From Octopus sinensis (lineage: Eukaryota), in NCBI RefSeq assembly GCF_006345805.1, contig NC_043004.1:47678001-47742000 (forward strand): DNA of 64,000 nucleotides. Reading direction: 5' to 3'. Below are positions 37,247-49,302 of the stretch, one piece after another. Under the pieces are notes generated by a model. That model was not told where the DNA came from. It ran no database searches and saw only the letters and a list, made by a program, of their open reading frames with translations. Position numbers and translations under genes: made by a program. Position 1 is the stretch's first letter. Each line of letters starts with the position of its first letter.

Positions 37247-39258
37247 GGTTTCCTTAGTTTATATAATCTCAATCTGGACGAGAAATCGTAATTCGCAGTA
37301 TTAGTTTTTCTTATCATCTGCGTGGACTGGAGCAAGTCAAAATGAAGTGTTTTGCCAACACGTCCTCCGGTCCAGTAATCAAAACCATAATCTTACGACC
37401 ATGCGTCCAACACCCCAATCACTAATCCACGTACCTCCACGGATTATGGACACTTAAAATTTAGAGTTTTCTGACAAGGTGACCAGAGATCACGATGCAC
37501 GACTCTTCAAAATCAATAGGCATAACCATCAAGTATATACATAAATACGTGCAGAAAGCGTAGAAATTCAGTTGTAAAATCTCGTCCATATAGAAAAACA
37601 TTGACTGGTATATTCTCGAAATCTTCTTAATTGGAGTGTTTGCGTATGTTTGATTCTCTGTCTAGACATCGCTTGGTATTATGTTATTCTCTCATACCAA
37701 TAGATGAAACAAAACGCCAACACACTATGTGAATATCTTCTCCGGCAAGCAATGCTTTTTATTTTTAAATCTACAATTTTGTCTACAATTTATTGACTGT
37801 TTAAAAACAGTCAATAAATATCCTTTTTCTTTTATAATTATTTTGTTATGATCTCATTATAAAGCAAAAAAGAAGTCCTTGAAATAAAGAATTGTTAACT
37901 GAGACAGCCCATCATTTAGATTTTTGTGCTACTGGCATTAAACATTTAACGTAGGCAGTTAGGAAAATGATCTAATGTATATATATATATAACATTTACT
38001 GAATATTTCACGAAAAGATTATTACAGTATCAATCTATGGTAATGATCGGTCACCCGCCCCAAACCCACATAATCTTTTTCCAACTGTCCGAATCTAACA
38101 TTTTTCATAAATTTTAATACACTTTTTCACATTTATAAGTGAAATGCTGGCGACATACTGCATGGCCATCAACAATATTATCAGACAGACAGTCATACAG
38201 TGGTATAGCCTATAGTCCAAGTAGACGTAAACCTCCTTTTTAAGACGAAGAATGAAGTTGGAAGAGAAGTGAAGATGTTTTGAGTACTTGTGATCGTCGT
38301 GACCGAAGTTGTGTCAGTTTTTTATGTGTGTATCTGCATGTTAAAAAATATAATTAAAACAATACTTACACACCACGTAAATATACATCCACACATATAA
38401 ATATATATAAACAACGAAGCCTAATGGTGTGAATTTTCTAAAATTCGTTTAGGGACAAACGGTTTCGAAACGAATTCCATTTTAAACGGAATCTACACGA
38501 TCTGAAGCGTATTTGTGGAGAATTTCATCAAGAAATATTTAGTTTTCTCAAAGCTATAAAGAAGCAAATCTTTGGAGGCACAATTGTGTAGATATGCCAA
38601 AATATCTATATGTATGTCAGGATGTTGTATAAAACTCACTCTGTAAAAATGCATGTGTGTGTGTATATATTTACATATGTTTCTATATGCATTTATACAT
38701 GTATATATCTAAGCTTCAGAAGATATTAGAATAATGGAATAAAATTCTGTCGTAGTAAGAGAACTCCGAAAAATCTATTTCTTCAATATTTAACTTCTGT
38801 TTCTAGTACACATATTTGCGCAATTTTGACTTTAAAGAATTTAAAAAATTAGTTAGAAATAACGAGAAACGAATGGTAGATTCGGACTGTCCGTAATGTA
38901 AAACCATGAATATAAAAAAAAAATTGAAGGGTTGGGAATTTTTAAAAAAGCTTTTCTTTTGCATACTCGTATCAATTCCATTATGCAGAAGACAATGGGA
39001 AAACTTCTGTAAAGCTTCGTAAAAATTAAAAAGTTATGAAGGCTTTTAGCAGGTGATTACATCATAATTCTGCCGAGTAAACACTATGCAATAAATATTT
39101 TTAGATGTCTTATATAATTTTTGTTTTCGTACATGCGCATAAACATGTATTCCAGTCTGAAAAATGCGATAACCGGTTAATGTGTATCACTGGGCATGCG
39201 TAACAGGACGTAAAGAGAAACACCTTTTCTTTTAAATATATATATACTAATGATCGGA

Positions 39259-39295
<37 letters not shown>

Positions 39296-39301
<6 letters not shown>

Positions 39302-39592
39302 ATCACATGACCAACCAGACCATCAGATGTTGCTACATCTGGTCACATTGTGTTCGCATTGTTTTAGCCTTCAAATGACGCCACCCCGCTGGCTAAGCGA
39401 GCAGGCCAACAGAAGAAAGAGTGGGAGAAAGAGTGTTGAAAGAGTACAGCAGGGATCAACACCCCCTGCCGGAGCCTCGTGGAGCTGTTAGGTGTTTTCG
39501 CTCAATAAACACTCACAACCCCCGGTCTGGGAATCGAAACTGCGATCCTACGACCGCGAGTCCGCTGCCCTAACCACTGGGCCATTGCGCCT

Positions 39593-39594
<2 letters not shown>
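39296..39594 (-). mobile_element. tRNA-derived SINE family B
   Basis: Reverse complement of the 27675-27958 family (ggcgcaatggcccagtggttagggcagcggactcgcggtcgtagg). Confidence 0.85.
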
Positions 39595-39639
<45 letters not shown>

Positions 39640-39801
39640 AGTACGAGCGTGCCTGTATGGTAAGAAGTTAGGTTCCCAACCACATGGATTTGGGTCCAGT
39701 CCACATTATGACACCTTAGGCAGGAGGTTTCCACTTTAACCTAGCTTCACCAAAGTCTTGTGAGTGGATTTGGTAGGTGGAATCTGAAAGAAACCCGTCG
39801 A

Positions 39802-39925
<124 letters not shown>

Positions 39926-40313
39926 GTAGCAGTGTCACCCGGTGTTGCTTGGGTTTGTTTCGACCCTTTAGAATTGGAATTTCTGAAAAGTAAAAATTTT
40001 GCATTATGCAACTTGTTATTCTCTTCAAGTGAACATTTTTACAGTTGAAATACACCCAAAAATGGTGACACGGCAGTCAAAAATCGTAAAAATAGGGATT
40101 TTCAAAGTAAAAATGCATCTTTTTGATGTAAATAATTTTTGGTGTTAACATGGTCCGATTTGAATTTTATTTTCTACAGAATGAAGAGCAAGCCTTCTTC
40201 TATCATAATCTCAATTTTGGTCAACTTGCGCTGCAGGGTCTCGAAGAAGATAGTGTTAGATGAAGGCTACCAAACCTGCCACACAAAGATAACTTCAGCT
40301 TTATATATAGAGA
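39926..40313 (-). mobile_element. Non-autonomous Helitron; further 5'-end fragments at ~40370-40420 and ~40890-41010
   Basis: Minus 5' a|TCTCTATATATAAAG; 3' cccaagc-aac-accggg hairpin followed by CTAC (mutated CTAG); termini resemble 29976-30363. Confidence 0.75.
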
Positions 40314-40998
40314 TTTGCTACACACTACTTTCCATCCTTAATAATGAAACTTGGTAGATCCAAAAGTTAAACACACAGATACACACACAGACACACAAGT
40401 TGAGTTTTATATATATAGATTTCTCAACGGGGATTTCAGGAGAGAGTTTCAGGGAGTCTCTGGCGATGTATCGTGATGATCAAAAATCCGGCCTGCTAAA
40501 ATTTGGTTCAAGTGATTCAAACTGCAGACTCAATGCAAAATGGTCACGTTTAATTCAAAGCGTTAAAAATGTTATGAAAACAATTGGTATGTGTTCACAA
40601 AGTCCAAACGATTAATACGAAAACGCCATCCAGGCTACTTCCAGAAAATTCATTTCTTTGCCGAATTTCTACAATGTTTACGGCGATTCGTTTTTATATC
40701 TTGATGTTTTATTTTTCATGCAATTTACGCATGCTTGCACGCGTGGTGAACACAGTTCACGTCAAACAGCTGACTGAGTAAAGTTCACTATTCAATGCAC
40801 GAGATAAGGCCTAAACAAACACATTATCGATTTAATACACTGTATTTCGGAACAGAAATAGCGCAGTTCAATTTTCATTCGCCTAAACTTTAAGTGACCC
40901 ATTTTTGGTGGTTCTACGATTTGTTTGCTAGGAGGAGATGTGCCAAGAAGTTAAGCACACAAACACAGACACAGATACACATACAGACACACAAGTTG

Positions 40999-41054
<56 letters not shown>

Positions 41055-41467
41055 ATATATATATATGAATATATAAGTATGTATGTATGTACATATGTGG
41101 GCATGTGTGTGTGTGTCTTTATATACATATAGTGTGTGTATGTATGTCTTTATATCTGTCTTTGTCCACCACCGCCACAACCACCATTTGACAATCAGTG
41201 TTGGTGTGTTAGGTTCCCGTAAGCTACCGGTTCAATAAAACAGATCATTAGAACAAGTACCCGGCTGTAGAAAAAATAACACGTGGGTCAATTCGTTTAA
41301 GAAATATTCTTCTAGGCCGCACCCCAGCATGACTGCATTGAAATGACTTGGACAAGTAAAAGATAGAAGGTAATATATATATATATGTGTGTAAAAAAAT
41401 ACAAACTGGGACAAGAACGCAAAACATTTAGAAGACGATACAAAAAACACGGACGAGACTTTCGAAG

Positions 41468-41586
41468 CCTTTGGGGCTGGCCAGATCGGAGCAATCTCAA
41501 GATTACTCAGCCGAAATTGCGAGGATCATCCTCGCAATTTCGGCTGAGTAATCTTGAGATTGCTCCGATCTGGCCAGCCCCAAAGG
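41468..41586. repeat. Perfect palindrome: 59-bp arms, 1-nt spacer
   Basis: 41468-41526 is the exact reverse complement of 41528-41586; centre C at 41527. Confidence 0.95.
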
Positions 41587-41941
41587 AAAATCTAAGCCAA
41601 GCGCATTAGATTCCTTGGAAGAAAGCCTCGAATGTATACAAAACAAGGACGGGAAAACGGACGATGTTACATGAATAAGAATACAAAAATACGTAAAAAC
41701 AATAATGATAATAATAATAACAAAAACAGGATACAAGTATACGTTGCTTCATGTTAAACGGATGAGAAAATAGTGCTGAATACATACAGGGAAGGATATG
41801 CTGGTTTCTTTTTGCATTGAAACTGATATTGAGATTCGGTTTTGCGCCTCGAGAGTCACAGCACTGCGATCTCTGTATACAAATACACATTGCTGTATGT
41901 GTGTACCTGAGGAATGAACTTATGACATATTTCTGTAGTCA

Positions 41942-42897
41942 ATGACAGAAAACATTACATGCTTGAACATGCTGCTGTTGCCGGCGCTTTTGATCATCAT
42001 CATCGTTATCATGATGATGGCAACGATTTGTATAATGACTATAAATTCAACGGAGAGAACTATAAAACATGCATTGATTAAAGACAGTAAGGCCAGAAAA
42101 AAAACACCGGTACAAGCACCAATAAATGAGGTTTTGGCATCGGTAACTTGAAATATTAATTCTTTATCTTGAAAATTTTCCACGTTGCATAAAATCGATT
42201 TCGGTGTAAAAAAAAAATGTTTCAAATCGATAATCACTAGTCACATAAATTTAACCGACTGTTTTATAAACACTACAGATTTTATAACAAAACTAATGTC
42301 AAACCAAGTACACTGCATTTCTATAATATGTATCAAGACAACATATAAGTTAGTATACGGTATAGTATGGGTGATATAGATTCTTATTTCTTTACTACCC
42401 ACAAGGGGCTAAACACAGAGGGGACAAACAAGGACAGACACATGGATTAAGTCGATTATATCGACCCCTGAGCGTAACTGGTACTTATTTAATCGTCCCC
42501 GAAAGGATGAAAGGCAAAGTTGACCTCGGCGAAATTTGAACTCAGAACGTAGCTAAGCATTTCGCCCGGCGTGGTAATGTTTCTGCCAGCTCGCCGCCTT
42601 GGGGTGATATAGATTCTGTCTCTGTTCCGGTATCAACGACTCGACAAACGACTCCTGGCAACATCTTCGAAAACGCTATTTCCCTCTCATGGATTTTCAT
42701 GTGTAAATGCAAAAGTGTTTTGTTTTTTTTTTTGCCTTCATTTCGTATTTTTTCAGGACGCTATTTTTAAAACAGATGCAGATGAATTCGTCAAACCTAC
42801 TGGGAAACACATAACTGAAAGATCTGAAAGAATTGAAATAAATACTGCAAAGCAATCAGTTCACCACTTTATCAATGGCACAAATACACCACCCTGA
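41942..42897 (+). CDS. Tentative two-exon orphan gene (41942-42142 + 42757-42897), 113 aa with N-terminal hydrophobic segment
   Basis: ATG at 41942; phase-0 donor TCG|gtaact; strong acceptor ttttttttttgccttcatttcgtattttttcag|GAC; phase 0 is the longest open frame of exon 2. No homology recognised. Confidence 0.3.
42385..42601 (-). mobile_element. SINE family A with perfect 16-bp TSD
   Basis: TSD gggtgatatagattct at 42369-42384 and 42602-42617. Confidence 0.9.
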
Positions 42898-43199
42898 ACC
42901 AGCGTTGTAGTAAGAATTAAAGCTCAACAAAATAACAGAGTTACGAGTTACGAGGAGTGAACATTATTATTGTAATTCTTCAGGCTTCGTGGCCTTCGGC
43001 ATTTCTGTTACAGGGTCTACATGTAACCGAGAGTAATCTCTTGGGGTATTTTTGAAACACAAGTGTAATAATAATAATAATAATATTGATGATGAGGAGG
43101 AGGAGGAGGAAGAGGACGACGACAACGTTCACGAAGACGATGGCAACAACAGGAACAGCAACAACAAACATAACAACAACAACAACAATAATGATGATC

Positions 43200-43259
<60 letters not shown>

Positions 43260-43262
<3 letters not shown>

Positions 43263-44530
43263 GGCTACAGCAAATATTCTGCTCAATATCACATTTTGCT
43301 TGTCAGTTGTTTGACCTTAACCAGTTGAGCAAGTCCCTTAGTGGCTGACGATATGTGCATCTCTGATCACGAGCAGAAGTAGTGGGGGAGCATCATAGCC
43401 ATGTGTTGAGAGGGATTCTTTGGGGTTTGAATAATTCACCTTTGGAAACATGGGTGGTTCTTTCAATATCCTTAAACAACCCTTATTCAGGGACCTTTTG
43501 AGCGGGATGGGCTACTCAACCTGAAGAAAATTCTAACTGGGCCCCACCTGCAAGATCATGTGCTGTTTATCTTGATATAAGATCACCATGTCGCGCACAC
43601 ATGGTTGTGATGCATGAGCCTGGTGTACCCTTATCAGACGGGTAGTCATGATGGGTATATTGGGCTTCGTATATTTTAACCCAGTGTCACTTTGATGGCA
43701 TGAACTGCTCTCTCACTCAATAATAATAATAATAATAAATGCCCTGATGCAGTACCAGGCAGTGGCTCTCATGGCTTCTGATCTTAACTGATTGGAAGTG
43801 TTATCATGTACATTGTTTGTCTTGGTATAAAAGATGGGCTACAGCAAATATTCTGCTCAATACCACAGATTTGCTTGTCAGTTGTTTGACCTTAACCAGT
43901 TGAGCATGTCCCTTAGTGGCTGACGATATGTGCATCTCTGATCACGAGCAGAAGTAGTGGGGGAGCATCATAGCCATGTGTTGAGAGGGATTCTTTGGGG
44001 TTTGAATAGTTCACCTCTGGAAACATGGGTGGTTCTTTCAACATCCTTAAACAACCCTTATTCAGGGACCGTTTGAGCGGGATGGGCTACTCAACCTGAA
44101 GAAAATTCTAACTGGGGCCCCACCTGCAAGGTCATGTGCTGTTTATCTTGATATGAGATCACCATGTCGCGCACATATGGTTGTGATGCATGTGCCTGGT
44201 GTACCTTTATCAGACGGGTAGTCATGATGGGTATATTGGGCTTCGTATATTTTACCCCAGTGTCATTTTGATGGCATGAACTGCTCTCTCACTCAATAAT
44301 AATAATAATAAGAAGAAGAAGAAGAAGACAATAAGAAGACAATTCTAACGGGGCCCCACCTGCAAGGTCATGTGCTGTTTATCTTGATATGAGATCACCA
44401 TTTTGCGCTCATATGGTTGTGATGCATGTACCTGGTGTACCCTAATCAGACGGTTAGTCATGATGGGTATACTGGGCTTGGTATATTTTACCCCAGTGTC
44501 ACTTTGATGGCATGCACTGCTCTCTCACTC
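43260..44530 (+). mobile_element. Three head-to-tail, variably 5'-truncated copies of a (TAA)n-tailed non-autonomous retroposon (43260-43718, ~43738-44294, ~44340-44530)
   Basis: All end ...actgctctctcactc|aataataat and are separated by (TAA)n; copies are highly similar; no ORF. Confidence 0.85.
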
Positions 44531-44562
<32 letters not shown>

Positions 44563-44563
<1 letters not shown>

Positions 44564-44775
44564 CTTTTGTACTATAGGCACAAGGCCTAATATCTTGAGG
44601 GACGCGGCTAATCGATTGAATCGACCCCCAGGGCCCAATTGGTCGTTATTTCATCGACAGAGAAAAGTTGAACGGCAATGTCGACTTCACTGGAATTTGA
44701 ACTCAGGACGTAAAGACGACCGAAATGCCGCTCAGTATTTTGTGCGGCGTGCTGTCCATTCTACCTAATGGCTGC
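44563..44775 (-). mobile_element. Degenerate SINE family A
   Basis: ggcaatgtcgacttc..ggaatttgaactcag..gaaatgccgct. Confidence 0.7.
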
Positions 44776-44831
44776 TTTAATAATTATTATAATTATATTT
44801 ATAATTATAACAATAAAAATAATAACTAATT

Positions 44832-47800
44832 CTTCTATTAGCCACGAGGGCTTACATACAATGACATTAAATGACGTGCAACAACATAAAAGACAAGAAG
44901 GGGACGATACAATGGGTTTTACGGCGTGTAAACAAATAATAACAAATGAAAATTGAATAAATTAAAACTTCCGATAGTGGAAGCCCGTTAAGGTCCTTCT
45001 GGAAAAAACCTACAAAAGCGACGGGTGCCTGATCAAAAGGGCGGGAACCACTGTCCTTCAATTCCCTTTCTACAGGTGCACGCTCAGAATCGGTCCTTTC
45101 ACAATGGCCATTCTTCCAACATTCCTCCACCTTTCAACAAACGTGCTAGAATGCAACACTTCCATCTCTTGAAAACGTTGGCTTAGCCGAAAAGGAAGGT
45201 ATCTGTCTTTAGCCCTTTCGAACGAGTTCACCATATAACCTCTTTCGGCACAGCCACTAGACAAATAAAAATTGTCTGCTCTTCTCGGCCAAAAGGGCTA
45301 TGTGGAGCAATCTTCATAATGGATTCAGCTGATAGACATATCCATCCCACACGCGACAGTAGGTGTTCGACGTAAACCACAGGTCAGCAAATCTAGGACA
45401 CTGGACTAGGGCGTGCAGAACGGTTTCATCGTTCTTGGCGCACCTCGGGCAGTCCCGGCTTACGCCACTTCCGTGCCTGTAAAGTTTATCTGGAACAGGC
45501 AGCGCCCCTCAGTAGCATTGACAGGCAAGAGATTTCTGGAAGTTATCAATAGACCCAGGTTAGAAAGTTCCCCAAAACAGACCAGTTAGCTGATCCTCAT
45601 CGATGCCCAGAGTCTTCTCGTCTGTCCAGCGCCACACCACGCTGTTACATGGCATAAAGTTGCCTCTCCAGGGTGCGAGTTGCAAGCTCGCTGACTTATC
45701 CGTGTTAACTTTTGCTCCTGAAACGGCTTCATATTCTTTTAGTGTGTCGACAACAAGGTTTATCCGCTAGTGGATCGACACTATGACGGTGATATCATCA
45801 GCATAAGCAGACAAACTTCACCCACATCCTGGATCACGAGGGACACCCATCAAAGCCTCCAACTTCCGCAGTAATTGTACAAGAGTCAGTACATACAGAC
45901 GGGTGGAGAAAGGGCATCCTTGACGTACCCAAGGCATGATACTGAATGGCTCCGACAGGTGACCAATCAACCGAACAGCCGAGTAGATTCTGCTGTACGA
46001 AGCAGCGATCCAACCGCGGAAAACTGAACCGAAACTGGTTGCCTTGAGGACAGCTGACGAGTATTGATGATCGACCCTATCAAAGGATTTAGATTGATCT
46101 AAATTGATCAGAGCCTCATACATGCCAGCTTCATTACCTATCCTCGTTATGATGTAGCGCATAAGATAGAGGTTATTGTGAACAGTCCTGGTTGGGGCGG
46201 CGTAGGTTTCTGCCTCGGCAACCAGCTCGTCCACGACAAGCACCAATCTGTTTGCTAACACTTTCGCCAAAACCTTCAACTCTGCATTAAGCAGAGTGAT
46301 GGTCCTGAAATTCTCTATAACGTCCCTCTTGTTTGGGTCTTTTCTCAGCAGCGCCACCGCCCCTCGACAGACAAAAGTGGGAATTCTCTCATTCTGCTGC
46401 CAGTTGCAGTAAACATCTGCTAAGAGGCCTGCAAACAAATCTGGCATTGAAGTATAAAGCTTGTAGGCAGACCATCAAAACCTGGCGATCTACCTCTCGT
46501 GCAACTCTTCATCGCTTCCTGTATCTATGCGGCTGCTATTAGCCTTTAGCAGCACTCCGACTCGCTCGCCGAGAGCCGTGGCAGTCTGTCCAGGTACACA
46601 CCGAAGTCTGCCTTGTTATCCATCCTACCACTCATCCCGAACAGTGGCACAAATTGCCGCTGAAACACCCAAATATCTGTTTCGGTTCAAACACCTCGCA
46701 TTCGTTCTGGTTCACTAACGACAGAATGGTGGCTTTATTGCCAATTTTTGCCTCCACCACGTGGGCCAATATTCACGCTTTCATTCCCTCCTTCCCTCCC
46801 CTCTTAGTGAACATGCCCTAGCTTCGACAATGCAGCCGTCGTGTTTGTCGTCGAAAAAATTGGTCGTGGGGCAACCTTGCCGCTAACACGTCCGTTGCCA
46901 TGCCTGCCCTAAGTGCCTCATCTAACTTTCTAATTAAATCTCATTTTATCCTACTTCGTTCTATCGCTAATACCTTGCTAAACCTAAATGATTCTACTCT
47001 GATTACCCGCTTAAGAGCAAGCCACCAGTTGTTGACAACTGCACCCGTCAACGCCCGCTCAGCTAATTCGCTAATTTGGTCTCTGTAAGCTTGACACACC
47101 GATAACAGCGCGTTCAGCTTACAGTAACTGGGATCCTGCCTATGAACCCTATCCAAGTCGACAGTACAGATCACAAATTTGTTGTCCGTGTAGCCGACTA
47201 TGTGAAATTGTGGACACCCTATGCTATTTTTGTCTGCAGGCCTACAAGATACCCTGTGTAGATACGATCTAGATGACCTGATGCTGTTTGTCAAAGTCCA
47301 CATTGACACATTAAGGTAATCTGGTCAGTACCTGTCAGACAATTGAACACGTCTGAGGAGGTTTTTGAGGCTTTTGCACCCCACTCTCCTATCAGATACG
47401 CTTACGCAATGGAAATGTCCCTCTAAGACAGCGTTCTAATCCCTACTAATACTATGGTCCGAGACGTTCCCAGGAGAACTTCCAGGTGCTTGAAGTATAC
47501 CTGGTCTCTCAACACTACACATTATCCAAGAAACAGCCCGGCTAGAAACAGCCCACAACAGACGCAAGTAACTATCAATTCAATAATACAACCCGAACAA
47601 AACAATTCACAAACATGACACACACTCTATTATAGCAAATATCCAATAAAATAAACAAATACCAGTAGGTCATAGCCCAACAGAAGGACACAACTTGCAT
47701 GACACTCACAACACACTATACAAAGACTAATACGACAAAAGACTGCAACGAGACCCCGTAACAAGACACACTGACGTAATACAATACCAGGAAGAGTTTG

Positions 47801-47875
47801 CACTCCCCCTGGCAACAAGAACGAACCCACAATGCTGCACACACTCAGCAACACAGAGGTGTAGCAACTGATGCA
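44832..47875 (-). mobile_element. Degenerate L1/Tx1-clade LINE: partial APE endonuclease, RT, C-terminal CCHC, 3' UTR
   Basis: ORF 45818-46447 has FRTITLLNAELKVLAKVLANRL, NLDQSKSFDRVDH and VRQGCPFS, followed by SAYADDITV. APE motifs VLVG-D.NAVL and WTLTN..SSRSYLHRV at 47.2-47.5 kb; CPRC..DETVLHALVQC near 45.4 kb. Many stops. Confidence 0.85.
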
Positions 47876-48896
47876 TTGGAAATTTGCCTAAAATTGCTAC
47901 ATGTTAAATAATAATAATAATACAAATGATGATAATAATAATACTCGTAAAATGTTCTAAGAAGAATTTACTGAGCGTTATTCAGTGCATAACACTGATT
48001 GGAAGCAGTCTACCTTTCTGTATTCATATGCTTACATTTATTTTACGCATGTTGAGGTTAGTCTGCATCTTGACGAACGGGTGGCTGTCTAAGAAACAAA
48101 ATGAATGAAGGTTAGCGACCGGTAATATTACTGTACGTTCAGAAACTGAAGTCTGTGTACTGTACCGTGTTCAGAAGCTATTTATAAGGTTATGAGATAA
48201 ATATTTGATAGAATAATGTGAAATTTCGCTGTAATGCTGACGACAGAGCTTTTGTAGCTCATCTCTTTACGCAAATTACAACACCTCTTTTGTTTGATTT
48301 TTTAGAGAAAATACCTTGTTTATATCGTTTGTTCCTTTACTCAATTACTAGTTTCAGTCATTGGTATGGAGCCAAAATGGTGCACGAACTTAAAAGTTTC
48401 TATGAAACAAAACGACACAATTATTTTTTTTATTATTCAGCTACTTACTCTAGCTGCTAAAATACGAGATCGCAAAAACCGCACTACCGATTGTTAAGTG
48501 GTGAGAGAGACACTTCCATCAAATTCACTCAGAGAGCATTGGTCGTTCTGGGATAATGCAGAAGCATTGGACCATGGTGCGGCGCAGTGATACTAAACAC
48601 AAAACAACGATGTCAGATTTTAACTTAATTAATCACACACCTGTGTCTGCGTCTTTTACTGTTTTAGACGTTTAAAATACAGGTATCCTTCTGTCTTTCT
48701 CCTCCCACATTTCTTCTACCTCTCGATCCCCATAGAGGAAAACCTCAAATTTTTGCATCCATGAGAAATTCAAAAAATAAACGTACCTGCGCAGTTAACT
48801 AGATGTCAGCTGATTAAACGCATTATGCAAATGAGCAGTTCACAGTTATAAGCATAATGGGATACGGAAGCACTGGTTTATGATAACAATTGACAT

Positions 48897-49068
48897 AGGC
48901 GCAGGAGTGGCTGTGTGGTAAGTAGCAAGCTAACCAACCGCATGGTTCCGGGTTCAGTCCCACTGCGTGGCATCTTGGGCAAGTGTCTTCTGCTATAGCC
49001 CCGGGCCGACCAATGTCTTGTGAGTGGATTTGGTAGACGGAAACTGAAAGAAGCATGTCGTATATATG

Positions 49069-49099
<31 letters not shown>

Positions 49100-49302
49100 T
49101 TGCGTGTCTGTGTTTGTCCCCCTAGCATTGCTTGACAACCGATGCTGGTGTGTTTACGTCCCCGTCACTTAGCAGTTCTGCAAAAGAGAACGATGGAATA
49201 AGTCCTGGGCTTACAAAGAATAAGTTCCGGGGTCGATTTGCTCGACTAAAGGCGGTGCTCCAGCATGGCCGCAGTCAAATGGTAGAAACAAGTAAAAGAG
49301 TA
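48897..49302 (+). mobile_element. SINE family C
   Basis: A-box-like TGGCTGTGTGG, B-box-like GGTTCAGTCCC; matches 31587-31996. Fragments also near 15.9, 39.7, 41.2 and 61.5 kb. Confidence 0.85.

Noticed and set aside
43260-44530. CRISPR-like or LTR-like repeat array
   Set aside because: Eukaryotic context; units are long, 5'-truncated, share 3' ends and have no unique spacers or TG..CA ends.
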